Shown here: positions 63,793 to 64,000 of the stretch, one piece after another
Layout of the letters: each line of letters starts with the position of its first letter
How positions within the stretch are numbered: position 1 is the first letter of the stretch
DNA from: Candidatus Omnitrophota bacterium
Lineage (GTDB): Bacteria > Omnitrophota > Gorgyraeia > Pluralincolimonadales > Pluralincolimonadaceae
Assembly: GCA_903889135.1 (NCBI GenBank)
Contig: CAISWF010000170.1
Coordinates: 1,638-65,637 of the forward strand
DNA: 64,000 nucleotides
Direction of reading: 5' to 3'
Notes under the pieces: model-generated
Databases searched by the model: none
What the model was told of the DNA's origin: nothing
The model's input: the letters and a program-made list of their open reading frames with translations, nothing else
Position numbers and translations under genes: made by a program

Positions 63793-63939
63793 GGCTCGAA
63801 CCGACAATAGGGCCCCGCGAGCGGATTCTATTCTAAGCGAGTTATTTCTTCGCAGCTGCTATCCTGAGTATAGCTGTGAAGAAATCCGAGCGAAGAATGA
63901 ATCCCGAAGCAGGGGACTCAATTTTAAGCGGTTTGAGCC
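63793..63939 (+). other. ~147-nt nested stem-loop element (structured RNA or MITE/REP-like element)
   Basis: GGCTCGAACCG/CGGTTTGAGCC outer stem; GGATTC/GAATCC; 15-bp inner stem ATTTCTTCGCAGCTG/TAGCTGTGAAGAAAT. Confidence 0.65.
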
Positions 63940-63963
63940 TAATTCCGACGTCCTATAATATTA

Positions 63964-63991
63964 TTGACATATCCGGTCGATATGCTATAAT
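63964..63991 (+). promoter_or_regulatory. Consensus sigma70 promoter for a unit beyond the window
   Basis: TTGACA-16nt-TATAAT with TG extension. Confidence 0.8.
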
Positions 63992-64000
63992 TCTGGTTTA

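Overview
A gene-dense, mostly + strand housekeeping segment of a diderm bacterium. Gene content and order (thyX, mcsA-mcsB-clpC without ctsR, ricT, bamD-lptE-holA, lolE-lolD, mlaEFD, TatD-radical SAM fusion) fit the PVC group, probably Ca. Omnitrophota; this is an inference, not a database result. The window holds 63 CDS, two tRNAs (Leu-CAA, Ala-GGC), a canonical prfB +1 frameshift and several clear sigma70 promoters. I found no CRISPR array, integrase, transposase or prophage. Leading observations: (1) a HAMP membrane protein fused through an internal signal-peptide-like segment to a HEXXH domain, in a small divergent module with a SurA-like lipoprotein and an M48 protease, with apparently leaderless promoters; (2) dispersed short palindromes, several read in frame inside protein N-termini (TatD, MGMT, Alr), plus a ~147-nt nested hairpin at the window end; (3) an AsmA/TamB-like protein heading an mlaE-F-D cassette with no mlaA/B/C nearby; (4) a CysE with a hydrophobic N-terminal anchor and an IspD lacking its catalytic Lys. 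All family calls come from motif recognition by eye.
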